A DNA stretch of 64,000 nt from Vicugna vicugna (lineage: Eukaryota): contig MU057987.1 in NCBI GenBank assembly GCA_013265495.1, forward strand, positions 248,001 to 312,000, read 5' to 3'. The notes beneath the pieces were generated by a model. That model saw only the letters and a list, made by a program, of their open reading frames with translations, was not told where the DNA came from and ran no database searches. Positions 51,938 through 64,000 of this stretch are shown here, one piece after another. Every line of letters starts with the position of its first letter. Within the stretch, counting starts at the first letter, position 1. Both the position numbers and the translations under genes were made by a program.

Positions 51938-52439
51938 CTGAAGCGAGAAGAGAAAGCACAGTGGATCCCATGTGCCTGGGTCAAACTCGTTCGTGACCGT
52001 GTGTGAGACCCCTGGGGACGCCCAGGAGAACCATGGTGGGGGAACCCTGAACAGAGATAGCACACTACTGGGTAGGAGCAAGTCCCAGTTCAACAGGCGC
52101 TACGTGTAACTGCAGAACAACAGTACCCCCCTCACAGGTATTTCATGATTTAATGTGGAATCGCTTTGTGGAATCTGAGGTATTGCTAGTATGGGTTATG
52201 TTGGCTGCAACCTGTTCCTCCCTCCAAGTACCCTCGACTGAGAAAAAATGCTGAGCGTTTGTTTCTGAAACATGGTCTCTGTTATATACGCTAATAAATG
52301 CATTCAGGTTCCAAGATGCTTTGAAAAATACAAGTTTTGTTCTGACTTTATTTGCAGGGATCGTACTGTTACACGATTGTAAGAAAGAGTTCCAGATCCC
52401 TTCTTGAACATCGCTGTGGATGGCTAGCCTGGGGAAAAG

Positions 52440-54390
52440 CAACATGTCAAATTAAACTCAGTATTTTCCTCCCTTCCGAACTCACTTCTTCTCTCCAGTA
52501 TGCCCTGCGTCAGCACCATACGAACTGGTAACTGGGGTGTCATCTTTGACTCCTCTCTTCACTATTCCTGGCATCCAATTAACCATTCAGACCTCTCATT
52601 CTTATTCAGTGTTTCTCAAATCCATATACTCTGTCCTTCCCCAATAACACTGCCTTAATTCAGCCCACCATGCTGTCTTCCTTTGACTACTTCTACAGCC
52701 GTCTGAGCAGTCTTCAGTTCTAAACATTTATGTCACCTCCCTCAAATTCCATCTTGCAGACAGAACCTCTTGCACAACTATGGAAGTGCCATGCTTTCTC
52801 ACCTTCAAGTCGTTGCTTCTACAGGTTTTCTGCCTCTGATCATCCTTTCCTCCTTTTCCTAACATCTTCTAATTTTTGTCTTCTAGAGTTTACTTTAGAT
52901 GTCACCTCTTCAGAGCATCTTTTCCTTACTGTCCTAACTTAATTTCACTATGCCTACTCCAGCTTATTATTGAAAACACTGTATTGTCCTTGCCTGTTTA
53001 CTGACCACACTAGACTGGCGGGTCTCCAAGTGTGATTTGCACAACCCTGGGTGTCCCTGAGGCTCTTTCACAGTGTCCACAACATCAAGACTATTTTCAA
53101 ATACTAGAGATACTCAGGCTTGGTTTGCTGTCCTCGCTGTGCTGACACACGCACTAATGGTGCCAATATCATGGTGGATTTAAAATGCTGGCACCTTAGC
53201 TCAAACTGAAGCGATGTCTCCCAACTTCAGTAATAATTACCTCAATTAAACCTCAGCCCTTAGGTGTACATCTTTTTCAGTCCGTGATGTAAGAAGCATA
53301 AAGCACTTCTGTTGTATATCAACAGATGACAGCGATCTCAAGGTAAAGCACTTACACAATGGTTTCAGTGGAACACATCATTTTTTTTTAATAGAATTCC
53401 ACTTTCACTTGAAAGAATGACTGAAAACTAATGATCCAGACTTGGGTATCTGGCAAACATTTTATGGAAAATGAACAAAGTCAGTCTCTCAGTTCAAGGA
53501 AAGACAACTGACAGTATTTATTAAGATTCAAGCTTTCAGGTGAAAATTAAAATTTGAAAAACACACCACCATAATCTTAAGGGCTTCCTAATACTTTTAA
53601 GACTTTTCTGATAAGGTCAGTGATATTGACAAATGTAACTTTTTGATAAGATATAATGAAAGGTTAGATTATCATTTAGAGAATCTGCATAACTAAACCA
53701 GCCAGTATTTTCCAAATGACCAATGCACGGGAAAATATCCATTCAAAGCATAAGACAGACCAATGGATTTGAATGTAACAGAGTATGAAAAGTTCATTTA
53801 TATGGTTTCAAAATCCACTTTGCAACTAACATTTAGGGAACCATCATTTGCTGTATGTGGTATAGCATCAAAGAAGAATATCCACAATTATCTGAGAAGC
53901 AATTAAAATCCTCATCTTTCCCCCAGCTACATACCTTCTTATACTGAAACCAGAACGTAACAGATTGAATGCAAAAAGATGAGAATGCAGCTATCTTCTA
54001 TTAAACCAGGCATTAAAAATATACCTGCCAAAAGGTTAACAATGTCACTTTTCTCACTAAATTTTTTATGTTAAAAACCATAAATATTTTCAGTAAGATG
54101 GGTTACTTATGTTAATAGGTAAAGAACTATTAGCATTATTTTTTAGATTTCTGTTTTACTTTCTAATATGAGAAACATCAATAGATTTATTCAACATAGA
54201 AGTTATTTGGGTCCTCATTTTTCAGAGTGTGAAGGGTGCGGAGGTCACATCCTGAGCGAATCTGAGATCTGTTCCTCTAGACCAGAATCTCTGCCACAGA
54301 GCCTCATTATGTTGACTCTGACATCCCAGCTCCTAGCCTCAGTATCAAGCTCACAGAAAGCATTAAATACATATATTTCAAAGAAATGAA
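52440..54390 (+). mobile_element. L2 element interrupted by Charlie1a
   Basis: L2 body at 52440-53015 (gtcatctttgactcctctct..gatgtcacctcttcagag); its 3' end resumes at 54283-54390. Confidence 0.75.
53016..54274. mobile_element. Charlie1a-like hAT DNA transposon, non-autonomous and decayed
   Basis: Charlie1 motifs (cagacttgggtatctggcaaacatttt..aaaatgaacaaagt; cagtattttccaaatgaccaatgca); 8-bp TSD cactagac/ctctagac. Confidence 0.88.
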
Positions 54391-55051
54391 ATATAGATGG
54401 GTCACTGCTTGAGGGGGGAAGAAATGTGAAACTCAGAAGGAGGTCTGCTGCTTCACCACAGGACTCTGCGAGAAAACACAGACGCACCTGAATCCACAAT
54501 GGTCTGTCCCCCTCTACCCCGCTGACTTCGGACCTGCCTACAGATTTGTCTCTGGTTCCAAGATAACTCGAGAGAGTAGGGAGATGCGGGAGAGGTTTTA
54601 CGAGAGCCACTCAGATGATTCAGAGTTAGAATAAAGCCCAGGTGAAAGTTAGATTATTCTATTTATTGGATGGACTGTAAGGAGGGAACCTCAGAATGCT
54701 TGTCAGATGAAGTTGCACAGAACAGGCTGGCCAGCTGCTCTCTATTCATGGGGGCAGGAGCAGGAGGAAGCAACTTACCCTGAAGCCTGGGATTTGGAGG
54801 CAAAGAACTCGGTGGTACTGAGGGTTATTACGCATGATAATGGGCTTGCCAGGGAGGCCTGGAGTAACTGAAGAACACTTCTGCTGAAGGAATGGGAGTA
54901 AATACCGTTCTGATTGTCTCAATGGGTTGTATTAATCCCAAGAAACAAGTAGAGCTACACTACCTAGAAAAATACTGCTTTAATTAAAAATTCAAGAAAC
55001 ACAAACTATCATAAAAGTATTTCCATCATGCCTCTTTTAATAATGTTATGA

Positions 55052-55161
55052 AGCAGGGAGGTATAGCTCAGTGGTAGAGCACGTGCTTAGCATACACAAT
55101 TCCCTAGGTTCAATCCCCAGTACCACCATTAAAAATAAAGTTAAAAAAAAAGTTTATACGC
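55052..55161 (+). mobile_element. tRNA-Ala-derived camelid SINE (short form)
   Basis: gtatagctcagtggtagagc...ggttcaatccccagtacc; perfect 14-bp TSD taataatgttatga at 55038-55051 and 55162-55175. Confidence 0.9.
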
Positions 55162-55250
55162 TAATAATGTTATGATTTACTCAAGTCTAAAGGAAGGGCC
55201 AACTGAAAGGCTGTATTTTAAAAAGTTACATTATTTGTCAAGTTTCTGCC

Positions 55251-55724
55251 TATTATGGGTTGAAATGTGTCCCCCTGTCTTCGTATGTAGAAGTCCTAAC
55301 TCCAGTATCTCAGAATGTGACCCTGTTTGGAAATAAGGCCATTGTAGATGTAACTAGTTAAGTGAAGATGAGCTCAGACTGAAGTCGGATGAGTCTCTAA
55401 TCCAATGTGACTGGCGTCCTTATAAAAATGGGAAATTTGATGATAGACTAGTACAGAAAGAAAACAACGTGCGCACACAGGGAGAACACCATGTGAAGAT
55501 GAAGGCAGAGACCGGGTTGATGTGTCTATAAGCCAATGACCTCCAAAGATGGCCAACCACGAGGAGCTAGGGAAGAGGCATGGAAGAGACTCACCCCCAC
55601 AGCCCTTAGAAGGAACCAACTCTCTGATACCTGATTTCCAGCATCTGGCCTCCAAAACAGACACCAAAACTGATCATGAATTTCTATGTTTAAGCCCCTC
55701 AGTTTGGCAGCCACAGCGAGTACA
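55251..55724 (+). mobile_element. MLT1B/C solo LTR
   Basis: tattatgggttgaaatgtgtcccc..gaagtcctaac.ccagta.ctcagaatgtgacc..tttggaaata...agaaggaaccaac..tggcctcca. Confidence 0.9.
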
Positions 55725-58700
55725 GTGCCTCTGGCTGCAAAGAGATTTTAGCTTAATGAGCAAGAGGAGGAAACAGTAAGTATGCTCAGCGTCATGACGC
55801 CGTAGGGTGAGATGTTTAGGACTCTTCTTAGGTGGGCACCAATCTGCAGTTTCCTTGGTAAAGAGTCTGAGGACAGGGATATGATGCCCAAGGTGCTTAT
55901 CAACCCCCTTCCTCTCTCATCCTCTAAAGTCACTCATCACCATGCTATATCATAGCCTCACTTCTCGTCCCTGGAGAATTGTGCTTATGAGGATGTAGCT
56001 GACCTGTGTTCCAAGGCTCCCCTACACAGTGAGTCAGCTGTAGCAGCACAGATCATGGCAATGTTCATACAGAGTAACGCAAAGGTACAATCAGTTTTAA
56101 ATTCATGGTCTATGTAACTTAGTGGTTAAAAACGATGGTGCTGAGAGTGGCAGTGAGAATTAAATAGTGAGTCACGGCGCATGTGTGCATGTGTGTGCAT
56201 GTAGTGTGCCTTCTGTTCTCCACTGCTTGTCAAGCCCCCTAAAGCACAGTTCAGACAAGGCTGTTAGTACTTGAAAGAGTCAAAAATGATGTCCAAGTAC
56301 ATAGGGAAAAATGAGAACACAGGTCTTGACGAACAGTCAGGTTGGCTGATTGAAAAGTTAATTCAGTGATACAGGCTTTCATTCAATCTCTAGAATGTGC
56401 ACCAAGTAATTTTTTTGACCTTCTGTATTTCCCTTGGTGGTCTATACTCAAGCCCCCCGTGCCCAATCGCATCTCCCCCTCTTTTACCTCTTATTCCCAC
56501 CCCATGAGAAAGAAAACAAGTATCTCACTATGTTCGGTGTGAGGAAGCTGCCCACATGCTAATTAGCTGCAACCACTGTCAGGTTTAACCTGATTCTTTT
56601 TTATCCTAACATTTAAACTTTGTTTCTATCTTCAAACTCAGCATCTCTGAATTGTTTGTGTCAAGCTTTGCCTGAGCAGAAAGCAGATCCTTGGGAGGTC
56701 AGAGAAAAGAGCAAGGCATTGAGAAAGATGTTGGCTTTTGGTTGTTTGAAGACTGAGCGGATTATCTCATTACCCCAGTTTCCAGCCCACTGGCCTGTGG
56801 GATGAGCGCGCTCCGGGGTCACCCTCGGTTTGGGGGCACTGGCTGGGCTCCACGCTCTGCCCCTTCAGCTGTCAAGCTCACGCCTACTCCCGAGACACCC
56901 ATTCATCTACTGAGAAGGAGGCGCAGGCAGGGCGTATTTTTAAGCACAGCAAGCCACATGGTCTGTATTATTTATTTCTCCTCTAACAACTAGTTCATCA
57001 GTAAAGTCAAAGTTCTTTGATCCCAAAGGATAAAACTCTCCTTCACCAATCAATCTTCACCTACTCTTCTGTAATTATGGATTATTTACCCCGATCTCAC
57101 CTCCCTGGCAGCTTGCAGCTAAGGTGTCCTGTAGCTGGCGAATGAGGTAACACACAAGGTAATTCGTCATTATCACAGGTCATTAGTTTTGTATGTGTTT
57201 CAACCCATGTGCTTCACTACCGTTGTTACAATACTGGGTCACAGAAGACGGGAATGTGGACTAGAGGGGGAGAGGAGTCATCTATTTGCTTACAGGTTCC
57301 CAACACACACACACAGACATACACACACAAGGCAAATCTCAAGAGGACAAGCGATAATAAATAAAACCCAATCAGAAAGGTCAACTGCTGTTTGGTTAAG
57401 ACAGAAAAAGCTACTACAGGGAATATTTTTAATATAATAATAACTACACAAAAGTTAGAGTATTCCTGCATTGAGACTCTACTGATACAGCTTCCGTGGT
57501 TACTGTGAGCTTCTTCCTATCAGTCTGCCCCCCCCGAAGGGGAAGGGGAAAACAACCTGCTCTGGTGGCCGGGACCACTGCCAGTAAGGTCTGTATACCA
57601 GCCCTCCTCTGACTGCCTGCTAAGAAATGTCACTGTACTGCCCTCTAATGGTTACTACCTGGCAGGTTTAAGGCCACCAGAATTGAGCTGTTCAACCACC
57701 ACTGCATAAGGGATGCCACCAGATACACGATGAGGGTAGATTCTAAACCGAACCCACGTCATCTTTTCCAAAAGAACCATCATTGTTGGATCAGCACGAG
57801 GATCTTCACTTTTGTGCATTTGTGTTTGATCTGAGAAATTATGGAGCTCCCAGAAGCCAATACCACACACTCTTTCATTAACAGATGGTGGAGTACTAAG
57901 GATCTTGCTCGAGATTGTAACACAATACAGTTTCACTGAAAACAAAGTTGAAACTTAACCCAGAGTCTGCATCAGTGCCCTTTACGTGGTAGATTACCAG
58001 CCAGGTGCATATATGTCTCAGAATGCGTATGTATGTATATATGTCTCTTTTAAAAGGTATAACTTCATTAACCTGAGTCTCTTGAAATCTCTTGGTAATT
58101 TCCCTTACCTCAGATTCCTCACTGCCGTTACTGTCAAAAGCTCAAACCAGAATCTTCATCCAAGGGTCACAGTTTGAGCTTCCAGACTTCCTACTCTCAG
58201 GCCTGTGGGTCAGCCCTGAAGGAGATGTAGAGAAAGCCCGACGGCTTGGATGCCTTTGGCACACTCTTCAGCCAGGGGCCTGACCTTCCATCACCCCTGA
58301 GGTTGGACCAAGAAAAGAACCAGCTCGTAACCACAGGCGAGCGAGAAGAGGAAGGCTTCCACGCGGCCCAGGGAAGACCTGCCCCTCCACTAGCTGATCA
58401 CGTCACATAAGCATTAATAACACTGCTGAAAGTGGCATGTGGTTCTATCTGGCCACGCCTCAAGCAGTTTCTACAGCCCAGCTGCTAGTTGCTGTCTCTG
58501 AGATCCATTTATAAATAATTGAAGTATTTAGTGTGAAATTACCACTGTGTCTGAAAGGGAGCTTGTGCCAGTGCCCGTCAGATGGGGAATCCCATCTGTG
58601 TTAGGCTGAAGGAGATGGGGCGGGACCTGGGGCCTGCCACCAGGGGTGTGTGTGTGTAGGGGGTGTGTGTGTGGGGTGGGTGACAGAAGAATGGGACTTA

Positions 58701-60700
58701 AATTGTTCCTTCATCTTCTCCAAGTGGGTGTGTAGGTCAAAGCACCACCTTTAACCTGAAGCTCTTGAATTTGCTTCCAGCTGGAAAAACCGGTTTGTAG
58801 TAAAAGAAAAAGAAAATTGAGGAAGGGAAATGCCAAATGTCAGAGTGCGACAGCATGGCTACCAAGGCATCGCAGACGTCTGGCTCAAATACTTCAAGAC
58901 AGATTCAACTCACACAAACAGAATTCTCTGTGACATTATTCTAAGAGATACAGAGGAGGGGAAACTGTGTAGACAGCAGGAGGGGGAAGAAGTGTTATAA
59001 TTCTATCATTCTTGAAATAATGGTTTCAAGGAGAGGGCAGAGAAGGGGAATTGGCATGGAAAACTTCTTAACAGACTTTTTCTTTATGCAGTTTTTCAAA
59101 ATAATTTTAGTCTAGGACACAAGTGCTGTATATGCCTGACAAGCGCCAAATTCAGATGGAGTGAGTTTTCATTTTATAAATTGCAAAATATCCTCACTCT
59201 TATCTCCCCCAAACAGATCACATTAATTCTGAGGGGAAATTTGAGTCTGAATTTGTTAACAAATAGCTCCTTGCAAGTATTTTTTTAAAGATGCTGATGA
59301 AACTAATTTGAAGAGTTTGGTGCAGGAGATTTCTTAAAAATTAAGTGCTATATTTCTCTCTTCTAAACTTTCTGGAGATAGCTCACTCTTAAAAGTAAGG
59401 AAGCACTGCTTCAAAAAGCACATATGGGAAAAAAATAAAAAGCACATATGTTTTACCAGCAATTATTTATTGGGGATCTTCCCTGTTTAAAGCATGGTGC
59501 TGGATGGAGTGAGGGGGCGAGAGGTTCAAAACATTTTGAAGCAGCGTCTTTGCCCTCAAAGGACTCGCAGCATACAGAGGTGTTCCAGCAGAATAAATCC
59601 ATGTTCTTCCATTGATTTTGGGCCATATCTAATTCAACAGATTTCTAGACAACTCTCCCCCACAGACTCTACTGAATTCCTACTGAATCATAAATATGGG
59701 TAACGCAACAGAGACCGATGCTTTAAGATAATCCTACAAAGAGAGAGAAACTACAAATGATAAAGGCTGAACTCAACAAGTCCAGCCGGCTTCTGCTAAA
59801 GATGGTACTTGATCACCTTGGAAGAACCATCCATAGTTTCTCAGAACAGCAAGAAATGCCGAGGAGGAGCAGATAGAGCTCAATCGTTCCACCTAACCTC
59901 CAGAGGCCAGGCCGTCAAAGGGGAGTCTTCTAACTGGACTGGGACCCGAGATGGGGGAAAATGAGAGGGACGGCCAAAGTGTGTTCCTGGTGTGGTCAAA
60001 AGGCTGTACTACCTGAAACCACTGACATCGGCTGGTGCTGAGACAGCGGCTGTAACTGAAGCAAATCTCATTTGTATCATCAGCTCATGTACCTTCAGCT
60101 GCACTCAGTTACTGAGCTGAACATCTGTGCAACCCAGCCTCTCAGTCAGCGTGTGCAGCCAGACCGTCTAGCTGATCCATTTCTAGGTTTCTGCATGTCC
60201 CTGTGTCCTGGGGGAAACCATGGGGGTGGCACACCGGCTCTCTTCTTTCGAAGTCAGCTTCCCTTAGGAATATGAGCTGCACCTTTGGTGCCATAATGTG
60301 GGAGGTGAGGGTGTTACATCCTTACAGGCAGCTGTTTTGTACTTGGATAAATGTCCTATCTGTCAAGGGTACCGGCAGGGTAGGGGGCAGAGAGAAAGAA
60401 AAAGACAGATCTGGAAAATGATGGGCAGCAAAGGCCATACAACAGAGAGTATTTTCTGTCCACTGCTACGTGTATTTCTTTTATTCATCCTGAATGTCAC
60501 CCTGGGATCCTCTATAAAGACGCTTTTTAGCCTTGCCTCACGTATTTCATCCCTTGCTCCTGGAACCTTGCTTACTCTGAGATCCTCTATGAATCTTATA
60601 TCTACATCTTTTAATGCTTTAGAGATCACCACATGTCACAGCAAGATGACTTTGGTGGAATTGTTGCCAGAGTGGTGGGCAGACCCATGTGCATTCATAC

Positions 60701-60767
60701 GTGGAATCCAACTACCCCATTAATCCAGTCTCTTTCTCTTCTTGCACACTGACTCGAAGGAGGTCCT
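60701..60767 (-). CDS. Candidate 67-nt exon (GPPSSQCARRERDWINGVVGFH)
   Basis: cgttttctttaag| ... CAC|gtatga. Confidence 0.25.
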
Positions 60768-61199
60768 CTTAAAGAAAACGGAGCCAGATTTGAGAATGAA
60801 ACCTTGGAGAGAGCCTGTATCATCTTGGTTCACGGACTCTCATAGGTCAGTTAAGAGAACATCCTGCAGCACAAGAGGTATGAAGATGAGGAGACTGCAA
60901 AATACCACCCCAATGATGTAATCAACACGACCAATCCTTTCCCTTCTCTATATATGAAGCTACATGCTTGGCTGAAGAGGGAAGACTTCCCAGGTAAAGG
61001 ATGACCATTCTGGCCTTGAGGAGCTGAGCAACCAACATGTCATTGGCCTACTGTTACGTGACCCCTGCAGATCTCCATGTGAACACTGCCATAGCTTGTG
61101 AGGAAGTGACGGGTTAACACTGGACAACAATTCTGGAAAGGCTCATGAGCCATATACCATCGAATCAGGTGCCAGTGTCTCTTAAATTCCCTTCCTGTT

Positions 61200-61350
61200 C
61201 ATCTGACATTAGTGTTTTTAACCTGTCTGGCTTTCCATCACCCTGTGGGATCTTTGGGAACAGGAAATGTCTCACCCACTTTTACAGACCCAGCACCTTG
61301 TTTAATAGCTGGGACACAGTAGCTTCTAAGTGTCTACTGAACTGAATTAA
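61200..61350 (+). mobile_element. L2 3' end fragment
   Basis: cccagcacc..agctgggacacagtag..taagtgtctactgaactgaatt. Confidence 0.6.
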
Positions 61351-61962
61351 TGCCTAGTTTCTTATGCCTGCTCCAAATCATACGGTCATGCTAACCAACA
61401 TCAATCTAAAAGATTTGCTCCTTCACTCTTAATTGAAAAACAATGAAATGAAGTACTGTTGGTCTAACTAGGAAGTTTTCGAGTATAAATATAGACACAC
61501 AAATTAAATAAACCAAAAGGACCAATTTCAGCTCTGTTAGAAAATAACTTTAAACCCTCAAAAGATTAAGCCCCACATGATAAATAATCAGACATGAATT
61601 TTTATGGCACCTAATATTTACACCACTGAATTAGCAGCTTTAAAGACAGCACGATAGTAGAGTCCAGGAGAAGGTATTTTTATAGTATTTCTCTAAATGT
61701 AAAAGGCAGATCTACATTTTTGGAAAATACCATTCTGAGAAAAAAAGGAAATTTTGGATCAGTCCATGTGGTTCCACAACGTGTAGCTGCCACAAACCTT
61801 AGCTCTGAAATTCACAAGATCATTACCGTTATGTACCAAGAGTGAGTGGTCCAGGCTCTTAGGAAGAATTGAGATCATCTTAATGCATATAAACTCGGTG
61901 TCAGGAGCATCTCAAGGAATCAAAATATAAAGTCCTGGAAAACAGGCTAGATACTTACTTAC

Positions 61963-61991
61963 GCGTACAGTGCGAGGCGATAAGGACCTCT
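61963..61991 (-). CDS. Candidate 29-nt exon (RGPYRLALYA)
   Basis: gggttttag| ... CGC|gtaagt; CpG-rich patch in AT-rich surroundings. Confidence 0.25.
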
Positions 61992-64000
61992 CTAAAACCC
62001 TTCAACAATAAAATTTATAGAGCAAAAAGTTCCATTGGAATTAAATAAAGCTATTGCCCTTGATAATATTTTATAAATGTCAAAGCATGAGGAATCTGTA
62101 TCATATTAGCATATTATTAGTGTTTAAAATTTATGAACAATATTTCTACCAACTGTGCAAACAAAAAGCAAATTACTTAAATTTTCTGAACCTGCTTCCT
62201 TGTCTGTAAGAAAAATGATACCTACCTGTAAGAATTCAGATCTGACCTGTCAACACGTCAGAAACAGTAAAGTCTTTTTTATATGTAAGTTCTACTTTAC
62301 TCACCTATCACTGAAATAGTGATTTATCTAATTCCAAAACTTAAGAGTAAAATTCCTATACCTCTGAAGGAAAACACAAGGACTCTTCCATAATATACAG
62401 CATCAATGGACGCTTAATTTACAAGAAGTCGATGTTCTTCCTTTATGCCTCCTCCACACTGACACTGATTTAATGTCACAAAAAACTGGCAGAATAAAGA
62501 CCATACAGAGAACAGGGTTCTGAAGGAAGAGGGCAGGAAACAGAACTAAACAACCAGATTAGTGCAAAAGGAAGGAGGAGGAGAGTAGTTTTCTTTTTGT
62601 ATACCTGATGTCTACTTCACGATAGCTAAGTTGAAGGCTTTGCTGATTTGTACACAGTGTCCATGCACCAGAGCCTCTTCTTGCCCATTTGTACATCTCA
62701 AAAAACAACCCATTTAGTTTAAATTTTCTCCCTAAAATATATTCTATGGATTGATATAAAGCAATAAATGTCAGTTCAATAATTCTAACAATGGGAAAAA
62801 CAAAAATGTAAAGACAGTATTTCTGGCTTCAGCACAACTGTAGAAAAGGGCCAGGCTGGGGAACTCAGACCATCAAACTGGAAAACAGCAGTCTTAGCCC
62901 ATCGCATCTGTGATGAGAATTGTGTTGGCTTCGTCCGTACGTTTATTCAGCTTCCATATGCACCAAACAGAAGACAAAGGCTAACATCGTGGAGACAGTG
63001 CAGCTGATCTAGACTGTTTGGCCTGACTGATACTCAGCTAGTTTGTGCTCTTCAGCCCTATCTAAAGAATTTAAAATTTAATTCAACAGGCATTATTTAA
63101 TGCCTTCTCTATGCAAGGCACTGTGCTAGGTTTAATACAATTTTTCTTATTCTTCCATTATATGTTTATGCCTACCCAACCCGTTTACAATGCTTGTAGT
63201 TCAGACTAACTTAAAATCTAATCTGTGCTCAATTGAAATGTGGGGTTTGGAAACTCAGTTGATTAAGTCCAAATTGAGAAGCAATAGAATTTTAAAACAG
63301 CTTCTAACATGCAAAAGAAACAGGTTTTGCAGCCCAGATCATTTAAGAGCAATTATTTTTTTTTTAGTTACATAAAGAGACATTTTCGGGCCTCTAATTG
63401 CTCCAAATTTATCTGCTGAAGAGCCATTATGATCCATTTTTAACCCCTCTCTGACATCAAGAACTAATGCTGTAATTGAACTGTGTCATCATTGATCTCA
63501 ATTCTAAACCATTAGGAGAGCTGGTTTCTGTCTTTCACTGCAATTGCACCATTTTCCTCCTAATCACTCCAGGGCCTGCAGACATGCACACTATAACCAA
63601 GAAAGAACTGTTTAAAGCCCAGCTAGATGTTGTGAATAAATACCCTGCCTAGTAGACTATTATTTGCTATTTTCACAAATTTAAAGTAAGGATACAAATG
63701 CAGACATCTATTTTTAAAGCTATTTCCCCTTCTTTTTCCTTTGCCCAAAACATCTTTTATAGTAACTTAATTTAGTTTGCTTGCTCACATTTATAACAGA
63801 GATAAGTGTATCAAAGAATCTTAGATCTGTCCCACAGCTGATGCTAAATACATCAAACTAAGTTTTATTCTTAAGGGATATGAAACCCATACGAAGAAGA
63901 AATTACATAAAGAAAATACATGGAGAAACTGTGTTTGAGCCTTGGAATCACAGCTATGCATTAAAACAGCTTTAATACACTAACAACTGCTATACTCCTG

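Larger units (their letters stand above)
1880..61991 (-). other. Candidate multi-exon gene, unidentified, rich in short exons, probably 5'-incomplete
   Basis: Fourteen AG/GT-bounded segments (last one terminal) join into one 741-nt ORF: RGPYRLALYAGPPSSQCARRERDWINGVVGFHLPAAGVAALMQFVGYYRFTDNVFKDNILAVDETFNGAEPQSVFPTSGQQRLSYACQNIVRGYICKSSRKAVKQTDTKTETTSVGGTNAQSLLTVPGASLRSSQILPEKLEGTSFRGPSQTQSTDPALLSFSGFTADSSLSHKDELPTLEKLIGKRKELMDVVERNNDTEVSLSPLELCQHKEVAIIGDSRRKQILVQIRSQQRDAKNEDGGEMT*. Manual assembly; no homology recognised. Confidence 0.35.

Noticed and set aside
62305..62327. 23-nt minus-strand exon with strong GTGAGT donor
   Set aside because: Contains a stop in the phase needed by the main model; it fits only an alternative frame that I cannot extend reliably.
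476..63375. ORFs in the supplied six-frame track taken as stand-alone genes
   Set aside because: All are 165 aa or shorter, many start at GTG/TTG or lie in repeats, and none resembles a protein I recognise. This is expected background in mammalian DNA.
1..64000. Prokaryote-type system (CRISPR, operon, retron, prophage) or intact transposase/RT
   Set aside because: Eutherian repeat content, CpG depletion and no long ORFs; all mobile elements are truncated or decayed.

Overview
Mammalian genomic DNA, most likely camelid (alpaca/camel): it has three tRNA-Ala(AGC)-derived vic-1-type SINEs plus typical eutherian repeats (L1, L2, MIR, MLT1, MER34- and MER110-like LTRs, MER5/MER53/MER58/Charlie1 DNA transposons). 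Most of the window is intronic or intergenic, and I recognise none of the ORFs in the six-frame track as a known protein. By reading splice signals manually I could build a candidate minus-strand gene of 14 short exons (61991 to about 1880). It gives a continuous 246-aa frame that ends in a terminal exon with AATAAA. I cannot name the gene, I chose the exons partly because they keep frame, and several donors are weak, so this is a hypothesis only. Repeat names come from recalled consensus sequences and boundaries are approximate unless a TSD is given. There is no evidence of a CRISPR array, operon or other prokaryote-type system.
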